Of a stretch of 64,000 nucleotides of DNA, positions 36,164-44,980 are shown one piece after another. Each line of letters starts with the position of its first letter. Positions within the stretch are counted from its first letter, which is position 1. The DNA is from a virus. The stretch lies in IMG/VR virus record IMGVR_UViG_3300025423_000009, positions 32,001 to 96,000 of that record; one strand, 5' to 3'. The notes under the pieces were generated by a model. It was not told the origin of the DNA. It worked only from the letters and a program-made list of their open reading frames with translations, and made no database searches. The translations under genes were made by a program, and so were the position numbers.

Positions 36164-38668
36164 CTAGGCGGCCCGTGAAACTTTTGTCTGAGCGTACTGC
36201 TGCGCATAGGTCGAGAAGGCATCCGCATTGTCTTGCATGCGCTTCTTCACACCTGAAAGTCCGCTTCGAAAGTCCTTTGAATTCAGGTACTCATTGGCCA
36301 CATGAGACCAGTTTCCAGAGGTGATCAGTGCCCAGGTCTTTGGCGTCGCCCTCGGTCCCAGATCTCCACGATACCAAGCCGAGAGGATCGCGTTCTTCAC
36401 GTACTGAGGAAGCGTGTCATAACTCGGTAGATTCATGCGAATCGAGGCTTCACGAATCGCGATATCCTTCTTCAGAAGATTCAGCGCCTCAGAGTCCGTG
36501 AGTCCTGCTGAGAAGTCTTCATCGGGTTGAATCTTGTGACCGTAAGCGATCGTGTCGGATCCGCCTTCCAGACTTCGCGCGGGAAACCACTTTCCGGAAG
36601 CTTTGTCATATCCGCCGTTAGGATTGTCTTTGGAGTTCTCGTAGCCCATCAGGAGCTGTTCTGGAGTGGTGGCCGTCAGAGGTGTCATCTTATTGGAAAT
36701 CGTATGAGTGATGTGTGCCTTGTTATGAGGCACGGAATGATGCTTGGCCGATGCGCCATGAGCTCCGGTCAGAGAAGCCGCACCGATCAATCCAGCCGCG
36801 GCCAGCGATCTCCAGTCCTCTTCCAGCGCATCGGGATCATCGGACCATGATAGCAAGTGGTCCTTGAGCTCCGCGATCGTCTGAGTGGCATTCCGATGAA
36901 GGATGCCGATGCCTCCTCGAGATCTCCAGGCGCGAATGTTTTCTTCCAGATCATCGATGAGAATGTGATTCGGCGCGGCCCAATACTTCTTATCCTTTCC
37001 ATGATCGGCCACAATGACTTCAAAGGAATTACCTAATTCTCGTGCGCACCAGATCTTCTTTCCTCTCTCAGCACGATCTCCAGTCATAGAAGTCGCACCG
37101 GCCGTAAGAATGATGGGATTCTTATCCTTGATGAAGTTCCAGAGCTGATGGCCGTCCTGTGCCCAGGAAAGGTCGCTCCACCACTCCACACCGCCAGCAT
37201 TGATTCGACGCCAGAGTTCCTCGAGACCATATTCCTTGACCGCGTCATTCCACAGAAGGCCTCCGGTAAGCTTCTTTAGAGGCGTGTCGAAGTCGATCAG
37301 AACACCATCCATGTCGCAGTAGATCTGAAGCTTCTTGAAGTTCTTCTGATCGGTGCCTTCATCCATTCCGGGTTGCCACAGCACGCGATATTTCGAGTTG
37401 ACATCGTCGATCAGTATAAGTTGATTCTCGATAGCCAAGTTCTTGAGCTCACGAATCTGAGACGGACTGGCCTTCCATGAAAACACCAGGCTTTCACCGT
37501 CACAGATCACTCGCACCCATCCAGCCTCGGCCAACTGAGCGCTCCAACGATCCATCCATGAATCGTCCGAATCGTACTTACCACCAAGGATCTCGGCCGC
37601 AGCGGGTTCATGATCCTGCACGGAGATGAGTCGAAGATCCGGAGTCATGAAGAACTTGCCTTCCTGAAACGGATCCTTCAGAGTGCCTTTATCAACTTTT
37701 CTAAAAAGCTTGCCAGAAGCGGAGACGGAAGAGGCATTCAGACTCTCATACATCTTGAGAAGGGATCGATCCGAGATGATCTCGAAGAAAGTCTTGGCCT
37801 TCTCGCCGCCATTAAGCTTATGATAGTCGAATTCGATCGAGGAATGAATCGGACGATAGTGAAGAGTACGATCTCCCGAGACGATCAGGATCTGTCCCGT
37901 AGTAACCATCTCACCCTTGGCCGGATCGCCTTTGCGAATCGGATTCATGAACTGATCGTCCTTGTTCGGACACCGAGCCAGAGCCGTCATGAGATCTCGT
38001 GGATTCACGGCATCTGGAACGCTTTCCGCGGCGATGGCCAAGCGTGACTCGGAAGACTTACGAGCGCGAATGAACTTCTCGTCCGTGGCCGTGGACGAGT
38101 AGCCTAGTGTAGGAACGTTGATGCCGTGATTGGTACGAGCCGACCATCCAACCTCCTTGGAGATCTCCGTGACCGTGGAAGTGTATTTACGAGGATTGTC
38201 TTTGGTCTCCTCTTCTTTGGAAACGTTCCATCCGCCCTCGAGAAGGTAGCAGTGTTCCGTGTCGAAGGCATAGGTAGCACCGGCCAGTTCCTCTTCTTGA
38301 AGGAGCATGATGGCGTCCTTGGCCGTCGTCTGTAGAAGAGCCTTGCGAATCTTCTTGCCGTCTGGTGAGTAGTAGTCCGTAGACTTCTTGTACTTGTCGC
38401 CGGGTTTGGGCATCCCCTTACTTTTGCCTTTACTTGCCAGTTCTCCCTCTTTCTCATCTCGCTTGACGGAGAATGAGGCCGAGATGATTCCAACGCCGAA
38501 CTCATTGACTCCCTCGGTCCATCGTGAAAGAGTGTCGTCGATGTAGATGCGTTGAATGCCGTCTTTATTGGACTGAACGATCTCGATCTTGGTTGGATAC
38601 CCACGATCGCGATTTTTTGCTCCTACCCACCCGTATTTTTCGAAGTATTTGACAGCGCAAGTACACAT
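36164..38668 (-). CDS. Four-module late protein: Ntn-hydrolase, unknown domain, HAD 5'(3')-deoxyribonucleotidase and lysozyme-like domain
   Basis: N-terminal MCT...KNRD...EGVNE.G; CDMDGVLIDF...LIDD; TIAYGHKI...W..VANEYLNS...RM. Confidence 0.75.
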   Translation of the reverse strand: MCTCAVKYFEKYGWVGAKNRDRGYPTKIEIVQSNKDGIQRIYIDDTLSRWTEGVNEFGVGIISASFSVKRDEKEGELASKGKSKGMPKPGDKYKKSTDYYSPDGKKIRKALLQTTAKDAIMLLQEEELAGATYAFDTEHCYLLEGGWNVSKEEETKDNPRKYTSTVTEISKEVGWSARTNHGINVPTLGYSSTATDEKFIRARKSSESRLAIAAESVPDAVNPRDLMTALARCPNKDDQFMNPIRKGDPAKGEMVTTGQILIVSGDRTLHYRPIHSSIEFDYHKLNGGEKAKTFFEIISDRSLLKMYESLNASSVSASGKLFRKVDKGTLKDPFQEGKFFMTPDLRLISVQDHEPAAAEILGGKYDSDDSWMDRWSAQLAEAGWVRVICDGESLVFSWKASPSQIRELKNLAIENQLILIDDVNSKYRVLWQPGMDEGTDQKNFKKLQIYCDMDGVLIDFDTPLKKLTGGLLWNDAVKEYGLEELWRRINAGGVEWWSDLSWAQDGHQLWNFIKDKNPIILTAGATSMTGDRAERGKKIWCARELGNSFEVIVADHGKDKKYWAAPNHILIDDLEENIRAWRSRGGIGILHRNATQTIAELKDHLLSWSDDPDALEEDWRSLAAAGLIGAASLTGAHGASAKHHSVPHNKAHITHTISNKMTPLTATTPEQLLMGYENSKDNPNGGYDKASGKWFPARSLEGGSDTIAYGHKIQPDEDFSAGLTDSEALNLLKKDIAIREASIRMNLPSYDTLPQYVKNAILSAWYRGDLGPRATPKTWALITSGNWSHVANEYLNSKDFRSGLSGVKKRMQDNADAFSTYAQQYAQTKVSRAA

Positions 38669-38690
38669 TTGTTCCTATTTATATCGAAAT

Positions 38691-39134
38691 CTACTTCGTT
38701 TTCTTAACGTTGCCGATCTGATACTTGGCTACCAGATTCCAAGTTGGCTTGTCTTTGAACGGAATGATCTTGATCTGCTTGAGATCCAACTTCTGTGGCT
38801 GTGCTTTTTCGGAGTGTCGAATCTTCACCAGACCCCAGTCGTCCAGAAGCTGAGCGATCGTGTTTCGACGAGATAGATCATCGATTGAGAAGTCCGATGG
38901 CTTTCCGTCTAGCATGAAGAGCTCCTTGAAGTGAACTATGAAGTAGTATCCGCGCTTATGGAGCAGATGACAAGACTGATAGAGCGTGTTGACTTCCTTC
39001 TTGGAAGCGATGCCGATTCGAGTCAGCGTTTCACGTACCTTGAGAAAGTCGTCGGGCTCGTTGAGAGTTACCTCGAGCATCTCCTGAGGAGACCAAGGAG
39101 CAAGTGTGTCTTGAGATTCTTGTTGTGGAGTCAT
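38691..39134 (-). CDS. regA: RegA translational repressor
   Basis: PDDFLKVRETLTRIGIAS...LYQSCHLLHKRG.Y.IVHFKELF.LDG. Confidence 0.95.
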   Translation of the reverse strand: MTPQQESQDTLAPWSPQEMLEVTLNEPDDFLKVRETLTRIGIASKKEVNTLYQSCHLLHKRGYYFIVHFKELFMLDGKPSDFSIDDLSRRNTIAQLLDDWGLVKIRHSEKAQPQKLDLKQIKIIPFKDKPTWNLVAKYQIGNVKKTK

Positions 39135-39172
39135 AGCAAAATTCGATCACTATGACTCTATTTATTCGAAAG

Positions 39173-39586
39173 CTACTTTCCACCTGTATCGAGTGAACGA
39201 GCGATAGCTTTGAGCTGATCATCGGAGAGAAGATCAGCGACCTGACGAGCCTTCTCAGAAGAGTATCCATAAGCTTTCTTGATTAGATCTATGGAATCGG
39301 ACGGCTCGTTCTTGAGCCACTTGGAGAAGCGTTTACGAGGACGAATCGAGTTGCGTAGGAATTCATACTGAGCTCGAGTCGGAATCGTTGGTCGTTGATT
39401 CATCTCATTGGCAAGCAGAATCGTATCAGAGAACCATGAGAGGCTGCGATTACACATGAAGGGAACATATGCCTTCTCCTCCGTCGTCGGATCGGCAAAG
39501 AGATCCTTTCCGCGGCTTCCTTCATTGATCGAGTTGAGGAAGTCGAAGAATGATAGTTTTTTGGATTTGGATTCAGTCACATTCAT
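39173..39586 (-). CDS. 62: Clamp loader small subunit gp62
   Basis: FDFLNSIN, Y.PFMCNRSLS, ANEMN, RKRFSKW. Confidence 0.92.
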   Translation of the reverse strand: MNVTESKSKKLSFFDFLNSINEGSRGKDLFADPTTEEKAYVPFMCNRSLSWFSDTILLANEMNQRPTIPTRAQYEFLRNSIRPRKRFSKWLKNEPSDSIDLIKKAYGYSSEKARQVADLLSDDQLKAIARSLDTGGK

Positions 39587-39735
39587 CCGATCAACATTTG
39601 ATCATTATTCCAGTATTTCATCATGTTTCGAATCAGAAGGTAAAGGGTATCACCCGTATACATGTAGCAACCATGAAAGCATATCCAAATTGCCTTCTCG
39701 GATATTACTCCGGCTTTTTCTCGATATATTTTCAT
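39583..39735 (-). CDS. Small hypothetical protein between 44 and 62
   Basis: ATGA-coupled to the gp44 stop. Confidence 0.5.
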   Translation of the reverse strand: MKIYREKAGVISEKAIWICFHGCYMYTGDTLYLLIRNMMKYWNNDQMLIG

Positions 39736-40685
39736 TTCCATTGAACGTTGGCCATGAGTTCGGTCAGGCACGCGACCGTGTTTAGCTCTTTATCGGCCAC
39801 AAAGACGTTTTTATATTGATAGTCTGCCAAGATGATGACGGCCTGTGGAACCGCCGTGGGTTCCGCCGTGTCCGTGATGGAGTCGTAGATCGAACGATAC
39901 ACCTGTGCTGAATCGACGTCGTTGTTGGCGACGACCCAGGCTCGCATGGTACGAAAGTCTTTTTCCTTCAGAGACTTGATGAGTTCCTGAATGCTCGAGT
40001 TCGAGAGTCCAACGATCGCATTAGCCGCAATCTCACCAGAGGCCGCATGGCGCTGGCACTCATTGAGAACTCGACGCCAGTCCGGAGCGTGCTTGATGAT
40101 GAGCTCGGCCAGCACGGCATCCGTAGCCTTGATTTTCTCGAGCTCGAGGATCTTCTTCAATCGCGTCATGAACTGACCGGCCAGACCGGCCAACTCCTTC
40201 TTGGTCGTGTTGAATTCAATGACGGCCAATCGTGAATGGAGAGGCTCAATGATACGATTCTTGAAGTTACAGGTCAGAATGAATCGACAGTTGGCCGAGA
40301 ATTCCTCGATGAAGGCACGAAGTGCTGGCTGTGTCGACTGAGCATTCAGATAGTCCGCTTCGTCGAGAATGACGACCTTGGGCCGATTCGAGCCGCCCAG
40401 AGAAAAGGTGGAAGCAAAATGCTTGATCTTGTTACGAAGCACATCGATGCCTGACTCTTCGGATCCGTTGATGAGAATGTAGTCACAGCCAAGTGCGTTA
40501 CAGAGAGCTCGAGCCACCGTGGTCTTACCTAGGCCGGCCGTGCCGGTCAGCAGCATATTCTGAAGTTGACCGCTCTTGACGATCTCATTGAACGTCTTTT
40601 TCAGTGAGGTCGGCAGGATGCATTCGTCGATCGTGCGTGGTCGATACTTTTCGACGAAGAGGAATTCATTTGAATTAGATGTCAT
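39732..40685 (-). CDS. 44: Clamp loader large subunit gp44
   Basis: VEKYRP, GTAGLGKT, ILDEAD, SRL, PDWRR. Confidence 0.95.
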   Translation of the reverse strand: MTSNSNEFLFVEKYRPRTIDECILPTSLKKTFNEIVKSGQLQNMLLTGTAGLGKTTVARALCNALGCDYILINGSEESGIDVLRNKIKHFASTFSLGGSNRPKVVILDEADYLNAQSTQPALRAFIEEFSANCRFILTCNFKNRIIEPLHSRLAVIEFNTTKKELAGLAGQFMTRLKKILELEKIKATDAVLAELIIKHAPDWRRVLNECQRHAASGEIAANAIVGLSNSSIQELIKSLKEKDFRTMRAWVVANNDVDSAQVYRSIYDSITDTAEPTAVPQAVIILADYQYKNVFVADKELNTVACLTELMANVQWK

Positions 40686-40692
40686 ATAAAAT

Positions 40693-40811
40693 TGGTCGAG
40701 ATGGCCGGCTTCACACCGGCGTTGAATCGAATTCGTCAAACTCGACGTTCCTAAGAATTCTCATCATCAGGCGTTCCTTCCCGCAGTCGCTTTCTACGAC
40801 GATGCATCTCG
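40693..40811 (-). ncRNA. 119-nt tRNA-like RNA with Pro-type acceptor and encoded CCA
   Basis: CGAGATG/CATCTCG + A + CCA; GCCGG-TGTGAAG-CCGGC T-like arm directly stacked; GTCG-TAGAAAG-CGAC D-like arm; enlarged centre. Confidence 0.7.
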
Positions 40812-40918
40812 ATAGAAAGCAAGGGTTTATTGATTCTACTTTAGGAGTTCTGCGCGCCTTGCAATCACGCTTTCCATAGGTACGCTCTTGATACGGTGGC
40901 AACCTACACCGTCGATTG

Positions 40919-41161
40919 TTATGCCGTATACACGGCCAAGATGGACTCGATTGGAACACGATAGGTGTCTTTGGAGACCTCAATCTGCTTGCCTCCGGCC
41001 ACCTGCACACGATCACCAACCTTGATCGGCTCTTCGACTTTTGAACCTACTGACTGAACGATCCACTTCCATTCAGGCTCGATCGTCACGAGTAAGTTAC
41101 TCTGCTGTGAAGCATAAGACGCCTCACGCTTGACGATGACATTCTTTCCGATAGCTTTCAT
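40919..41161 (-). CDS. groES: GroES-like co-chaperonin
   Basis: MKAIGKNVIVK...VQSVGSKV...IKVGDRV...ESILAV. Confidence 0.75.
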   Translation of the reverse strand: MKAIGKNVIVKREASYASQQSNLLVTIEPEWKWIVQSVGSKVEEPIKVGDRVQVAGGKQIEVSKDTYRVPIESILAVYTA

Positions 41162-41172
41162 GATATTATGTA

Positions 41173-41844
41173 TCAGATCGTTGAGGTCTTCTCGAGTGCC
41201 ACGAAGTATTCGAGCTTGAAGTCCTGATGAGTCCACTTGGAGATCAATTTGGACGAGACTTCAACGGAGTAGTCGCCACTCATCACCTTGAGATTGTCGA
41301 TCAGGAACTCCAGAGAGAACTCCTTGCCCAGCTGATGTTTCTCGATCAGCTCGATCGAGAACGTGTTGGCCGATGTGTCCTTGGGATCCAGAACGACCAG
41401 GCTCAACGAGCCGGATACTGTACCCTTCAGAGCGACGATGGAATGCCCAAGGACCGATGCGGCGCGGCGAATCTTGGAGAGCAGAGCATTCGTGACTTTC
41501 ACTTGAATGTCGGCCACTGGCATCTTGATCTCCTTCTGAGGAGTCGTGAGGACCGATGGATTGGCAAATCGATACTTCAAAGTCGTCACGTCTTTGGAAA
41601 GGATCGCGGAGTCTTCTTGCAGATCGATTGTCGGATCATCGATCAGATTTAATGCGGAGATGAACTCATTTAGATCGTAGACTCCAAAGGAACGATCGAA
41701 CGTTTCCGGAACCGTGACCGTGGCCATGATGTTCTTGGCCTCCGCGATCGTCGAGAAGGTATTGCCCTCCTTGATTACGAGATTGGGATTGATGGATGCG
41801 AAGTTCTTTAGAACGTCGAGTGTGAACTTGGATAGTTTAAGCAT
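41173..41844 (-). CDS. 45: Sliding clamp gp45
   Basis: MLKLSK.TL.VLKNFASIN, FGVYDLNEF, YFVALE. Confidence 0.95.
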   Translation of the reverse strand: MLKLSKFTLDVLKNFASINPNLVIKEGNTFSTIAEAKNIMATVTVPETFDRSFGVYDLNEFISALNLIDDPTIDLQEDSAILSKDVTTLKYRFANPSVLTTPQKEIKMPVADIQVKVTNALLSKIRRAASVLGHSIVALKGTVSGSLSLVVLDPKDTSANTFSIELIEKHQLGKEFSLEFLIDNLKVMSGDYSVEVSSKLISKWTHQDFKLEYFVALEKTSTI

Positions 41845-42172
41845 GTGATTTATTATTATTTGATTGCGGTTGTTGATCTTTTTCGGCAAATTGAAGATAA
41901 GCTCGTGCGTCGACGTAGTTGTCGGCATGAAACACACGTGCGGCACGTTGAACCTTGAAGGACACCATCATGAGCTCGACGAGCCATGATGGCATCGCAT
42001 GATCCAGGCGAATCTGATAGTGCTGCTGAATCAGAGCGGTCCATGCCAGACCGATGTTCTCGTGGGACAGAGTCGCGTCGCCATATACCTTGCCGCGTTC
42101 GGCAATGGTCGCTTGAACGACGTCATTCGTGGATTGGGTGTCTTTCATCGCTGAGTATGGGATCTTGGACAT
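41837..42172 (-). CDS. DUF6378-like protein (nucleotide-modification-associated helical fold)
   Basis: ERGKVYG...IGLAW...MMVSFKVQR...DNYVD...Y. Confidence 0.7.
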   Translation of the reverse strand: MSKIPYSAMKDTQSTNDVVQATIAERGKVYGDATLSHENIGLAWTALIQQHYQIRLDHAMPSWLVELMMVSFKVQRAARVFHADNYVDARAYLQFAEKDQQPQSNNNKSHA

Positions 42173-42253
42173 AAAATTCATTGATCGATCTGAAGATAAG
42201 CGGCCGACCTGGGATCGAACATCCAGATCGGCCGCCATTGATCATTCGAGCGA

Positions 42254-42553
42254 TTAGTTGCTCAAACGATAACGATTCTCGATGCCGGCCGGAGTGCGAC
42301 CATAGTTGCACGCGTGTGGACGACGCCCGGTGGCGGACTTGCCAGTCTTCGCGTTGTGGGGATTCGAGTAGATGATGAAGCCATCATCGCGAAGCTTGGT
42401 CACGACGGAAGTCGGATTGGTGATGCCGGCCGCACGAGCTTCAGCGTTCGTGAACGGCATACCTTGAGAGAGGGTTTCGAGGATCGCACCCTTCTGTGTG
42501 CCGGTGGCTTTGTAGTTCTTGATGAGCTGTTTGATTGCAGTCTTATTGTTCAT
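42254..42553 (-). CDS. Winged helix-turn-helix DNA-binding protein
   Basis: ILETLSQG...T...A...GI.NP...V..LR..G..IY. Confidence 0.65.
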   Translation of the reverse strand: MNNKTAIKQLIKNYKATGTQKGAILETLSQGMPFTNAEARAAGITNPTSVVTKLRDDGFIIYSNPHNAKTGKSATGRRPHACNYGRTPAGIENRYRLSN

Positions 42554-42670
42554 GTTATGTTGTTTTCAATTGCCGATTTATTGTTTTCTCAGTGGTACTC
42601 GGCTAACATACCGTTGAGAGATCATAATAAACTGAGTGAGTCGACTTGTACAGCCAATTGTTTCCCAGCG

Positions 42671-43636
42671 TCACGCCTCAATGAGCTTATACTTCTTGCC
42701 ATCAATCTCGATAAGCTTGCCAACACATGAGGATTCAGGCTTCGATTCTTTCTTTGGAGCGGGAACGATGACAAGCTTACCGTAACCCACATCACCAATA
42801 AATGTAGCGCATTGAATCTCATACTTGTCGATCGCGCATTTTTCATATACGTTAATTCCAGCGAAAACCGTCAGGCCAGCATTGATGCCCTCGCCAGCCT
42901 TGATGCCCTCGCCAGCATTGATGCCACAGCCAGCCTCGATGCCCGTGCCAGCCTTGATGCCCCAGCCAGCCTTGATGCCACAGCCAGCCTCGATGCCACA
43001 GCCAACATCGATGCCCCAGCCAGCCTCGATGCCACAGCCAACATCGATGCCCCAGCCAGCATTGATGCCCGTGCCAGCCTTGATGCCCCAGCCAGCATTG
43101 ATGCCACAGCCAGCCTTGATGCCATAGCCAGCCTTGATGCCCCCGCCAGCATTGATGCCCCAGCCAGCATTGATGCCCTCGCCAGCCTCGATGCCCCAGC
43201 CAGCCGTGATGCCCTCGCCGGCATTGATGCCATGGCCAGCATTGATGCCCTCGCCAGCCTTGATGCCCCCGCCAGCATTGATGCCCTCGCCAGCCTTGAT
43301 GCCCTCGCCAGCATTGATGCCATGGCCAGCATTGATGCCCTCGCCAGCCTTGATGCCCCCGCCAGCATTGATGCCCCAGCCAGCATTGATGCCCTCGCCA
43401 GCCTCGATGCCACAGCCAGCCTTGATGCCACAGCCAGCATTGATGCCCCAGCCAGCATTGATGCCACAGCCAGCGCCAAAAACTATGCTTCCGGTACAGC
43501 TTATGCCTTTATGGAAACGAATGACTCCTAGATCATCATCAGACGTAATATGCCCATCGAAGTTTTCAAGATTCTGAGCACCGACATAGAAGTTGTTCTC
43601 GTCAAGGTGACTTTTAGCAATAGCGAATGTTTTCAT
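42671..43636 (-). CDS. Hexapeptide-repeat (GxGIxA)33 beta-solenoid protein
   Basis: 33 tandem repeats; C-terminal GKLIEIDGKKYKL. Confidence 0.8.
   Translation of the reverse strand: MKTFAIAKSHLDENNFYVGAQNLENFDGHITSDDDLGVIRFHKGISCTGSIVFGAGCGINAGWGINAGCGIKAGCGIEAGEGINAGWGINAGGGIKAGEGINAGHGINAGEGIKAGEGINAGGGIKAGEGINAGHGINAGEGITAGWGIEAGEGINAGWGINAGGGIKAGYGIKAGCGINAGWGIKAGTGINAGWGIDVGCGIEAGWGIDVGCGIEAGCGIKAGWGIKAGTGIEAGCGINAGEGIKAGEGINAGLTVFAGINVYEKCAIDKYEIQCATFIGDVGYGKLVIVPAPKKESKPESSCVGKLIEIDGKKYKLIEA
42878..43471 (-). repeat. Tandem array of 33 x 18-bp units (594 bp)
   Basis: Consensus GGC-NNN-GGC-ATC-NAN-GCT; keeps several reading frames open. Confidence 0.92.
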
Positions 43637-43686
43637 AATTAGTTGGTGATTGAATTGGTTGTGATTAGAATGACACGTTTGCTAAA

Positions 43687-44898
43687 TCACCGCTCAGCGT
43701 TCGATTCAGTGACTGGTGGTGGAACGGGCGTGGACGAAGGAATGATCGACGGATCGATCTTCGTGTAGAGATCCATGAAAGCCGCCTTGGTGTCAGAGTC
43801 GAATCGTGAGATGCACAGCTGAATCGATTCCATGCGCTCACCAAAGATCGCAAACGACTTGACGATGTGACAAAGACGGCGAGTCGAAATGACTTCTTCG
43901 ATGGCGTCCTGCTCGAAAGTCTTGCGAATGACTTCCGACCAGTCACAGAGCTTGGTGGCGAAATCCTCGTCGATGCGACCGAACTTCTCCATGTGCTTGA
44001 GAACGATCTTCTTCTCCGTATACTTCGGAGCGTATGGCTGCTCGATTGTGGCCACGAAGCGTTCGAGGAAAGCCTCATCGATGATCGTTGCGGCCGCGAA
44101 TCGGCCGTCGTCGGAGCCGCGACCCTTGGTGTTGGCCGTCGCGATGACGTTGAAACCTTTGGCCGGATGAATCACCTGACCGGTCTTCTTGATGAGCACC
44201 GGATTGCCTTCGAGGACGCCTTGCAGGCACATAATTTTGTTCGAACCACGATCGATCTCGTCGATGAGCAGAAGGCATCCACGTTCCATGGCCTTGATGA
44301 CCGGACCTTTGCAGAAGACGGTCTCACCGTTGAGAAGACGAAAACCGCCGATCAGATCGTCCTCGTCCGTCTCAGGCGAGATCTGCACGCGAATATATTC
44401 GCGCTTGAGCTTGGCACAGCATTGCTCGACCATCTTGGTCTTGCCATTGCCGGACAGGCCGGAGATGAAGAGCGGAAAGAAGAGCTCCGAAGCGACCGCA
44501 CGAAGCACCGTGTCGTAAGCGCCCCAGCGCACGTAGGTTGGATCGATCTCGGGCACATATGCGTCCGCGGACATAATTGATTGAACTCCGGCCGACATTT
44601 GAAAGGCGAGTGACGGCACCGTGGGAGCCATCGGAGCGGGCGACGAAGTGGCCGCTGCCGGAGCCGGTGAGTGAGTTGGAGGGATCACGGTGCCGTCAAG
44701 ACGAGCGAAGAGCTGAGCAAGATCATACTTGCCACGGCCGATGTTGAACTCGGACCGCATGAGCACTTCGTAAATTTGATTCCAAGTGAAGCCGTTGGCT
44801 CGCGCCACCTGCTTGATGTGTTCGGAGGTGTGAATTGTGCCGGCGCTCGAGCCCTTGAGCTGAGCCAGCGTTTGATTGATTTTAGCTTGTTCGATCAT
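43687..44898 (-). CDS. MoxR/CobS-like AAA+ ATPase
   Basis: GLSGNGKT, LLIDEID, ATANTKG, DEAFLERF. Confidence 0.9.
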   Translation of the reverse strand: MIEQAKINQTLAQLKGSSAGTIHTSEHIKQVARANGFTWNQIYEVLMRSEFNIGRGKYDLAQLFARLDGTVIPPTHSPAPAAATSSPAPMAPTVPSLAFQMSAGVQSIMSADAYVPEIDPTYVRWGAYDTVLRAVASELFFPLFISGLSGNGKTKMVEQCCAKLKREYIRVQISPETDEDDLIGGFRLLNGETVFCKGPVIKAMERGCLLLIDEIDRGSNKIMCLQGVLEGNPVLIKKTGQVIHPAKGFNVIATANTKGRGSDDGRFAAATIIDEAFLERFVATIEQPYAPKYTEKKIVLKHMEKFGRIDEDFATKLCDWSEVIRKTFEQDAIEEVISTRRLCHIVKSFAIFGERMESIQLCISRFDSDTKAAFMDLYTKIDPSIIPSSTPVPPPVTESNAER

Positions 44899-44904
44899 GA
44901 TATA

Positions 44905-44977
44905 ATTCTATCAAGTATTGTCGGTTTGTAAATAAAAAAGTGATGGAGTATTTGATTGCAAATCAGCTACTTGCACA
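44905..44977 (-). promoter_or_regulatory. Leaderless sigma70-type promoter with upstream TGCAA-N9-TTGCA palindromic site
   Basis: -10 at 44905-44910, -35 at 44927-44932, 22-bp site at 44956-44977. Confidence 0.75.
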
Positions 44978-44980
44978 AGC

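Noticed and set aside
40693-40918. tmRNA
   Set aside because: The acceptor lacks G3-U70, the length is too short, and there is no Ala-ending tag frame
42878-43471. CRISPR array or DGR variable region
   Set aside because: There are no unique spacers, no template-repeat copy and no reverse transcriptase in the window; variation is not adenine-specific
42812-43577. Several long ORFs in alternative frames (IDAPAS, MPQPAL and ASMLAG repeats)
   Set aside because: These are by-products of the stop-free 18-bp tandem repeat; only the minus-strand GxGIxA frame has unique N- and C-terminal caps
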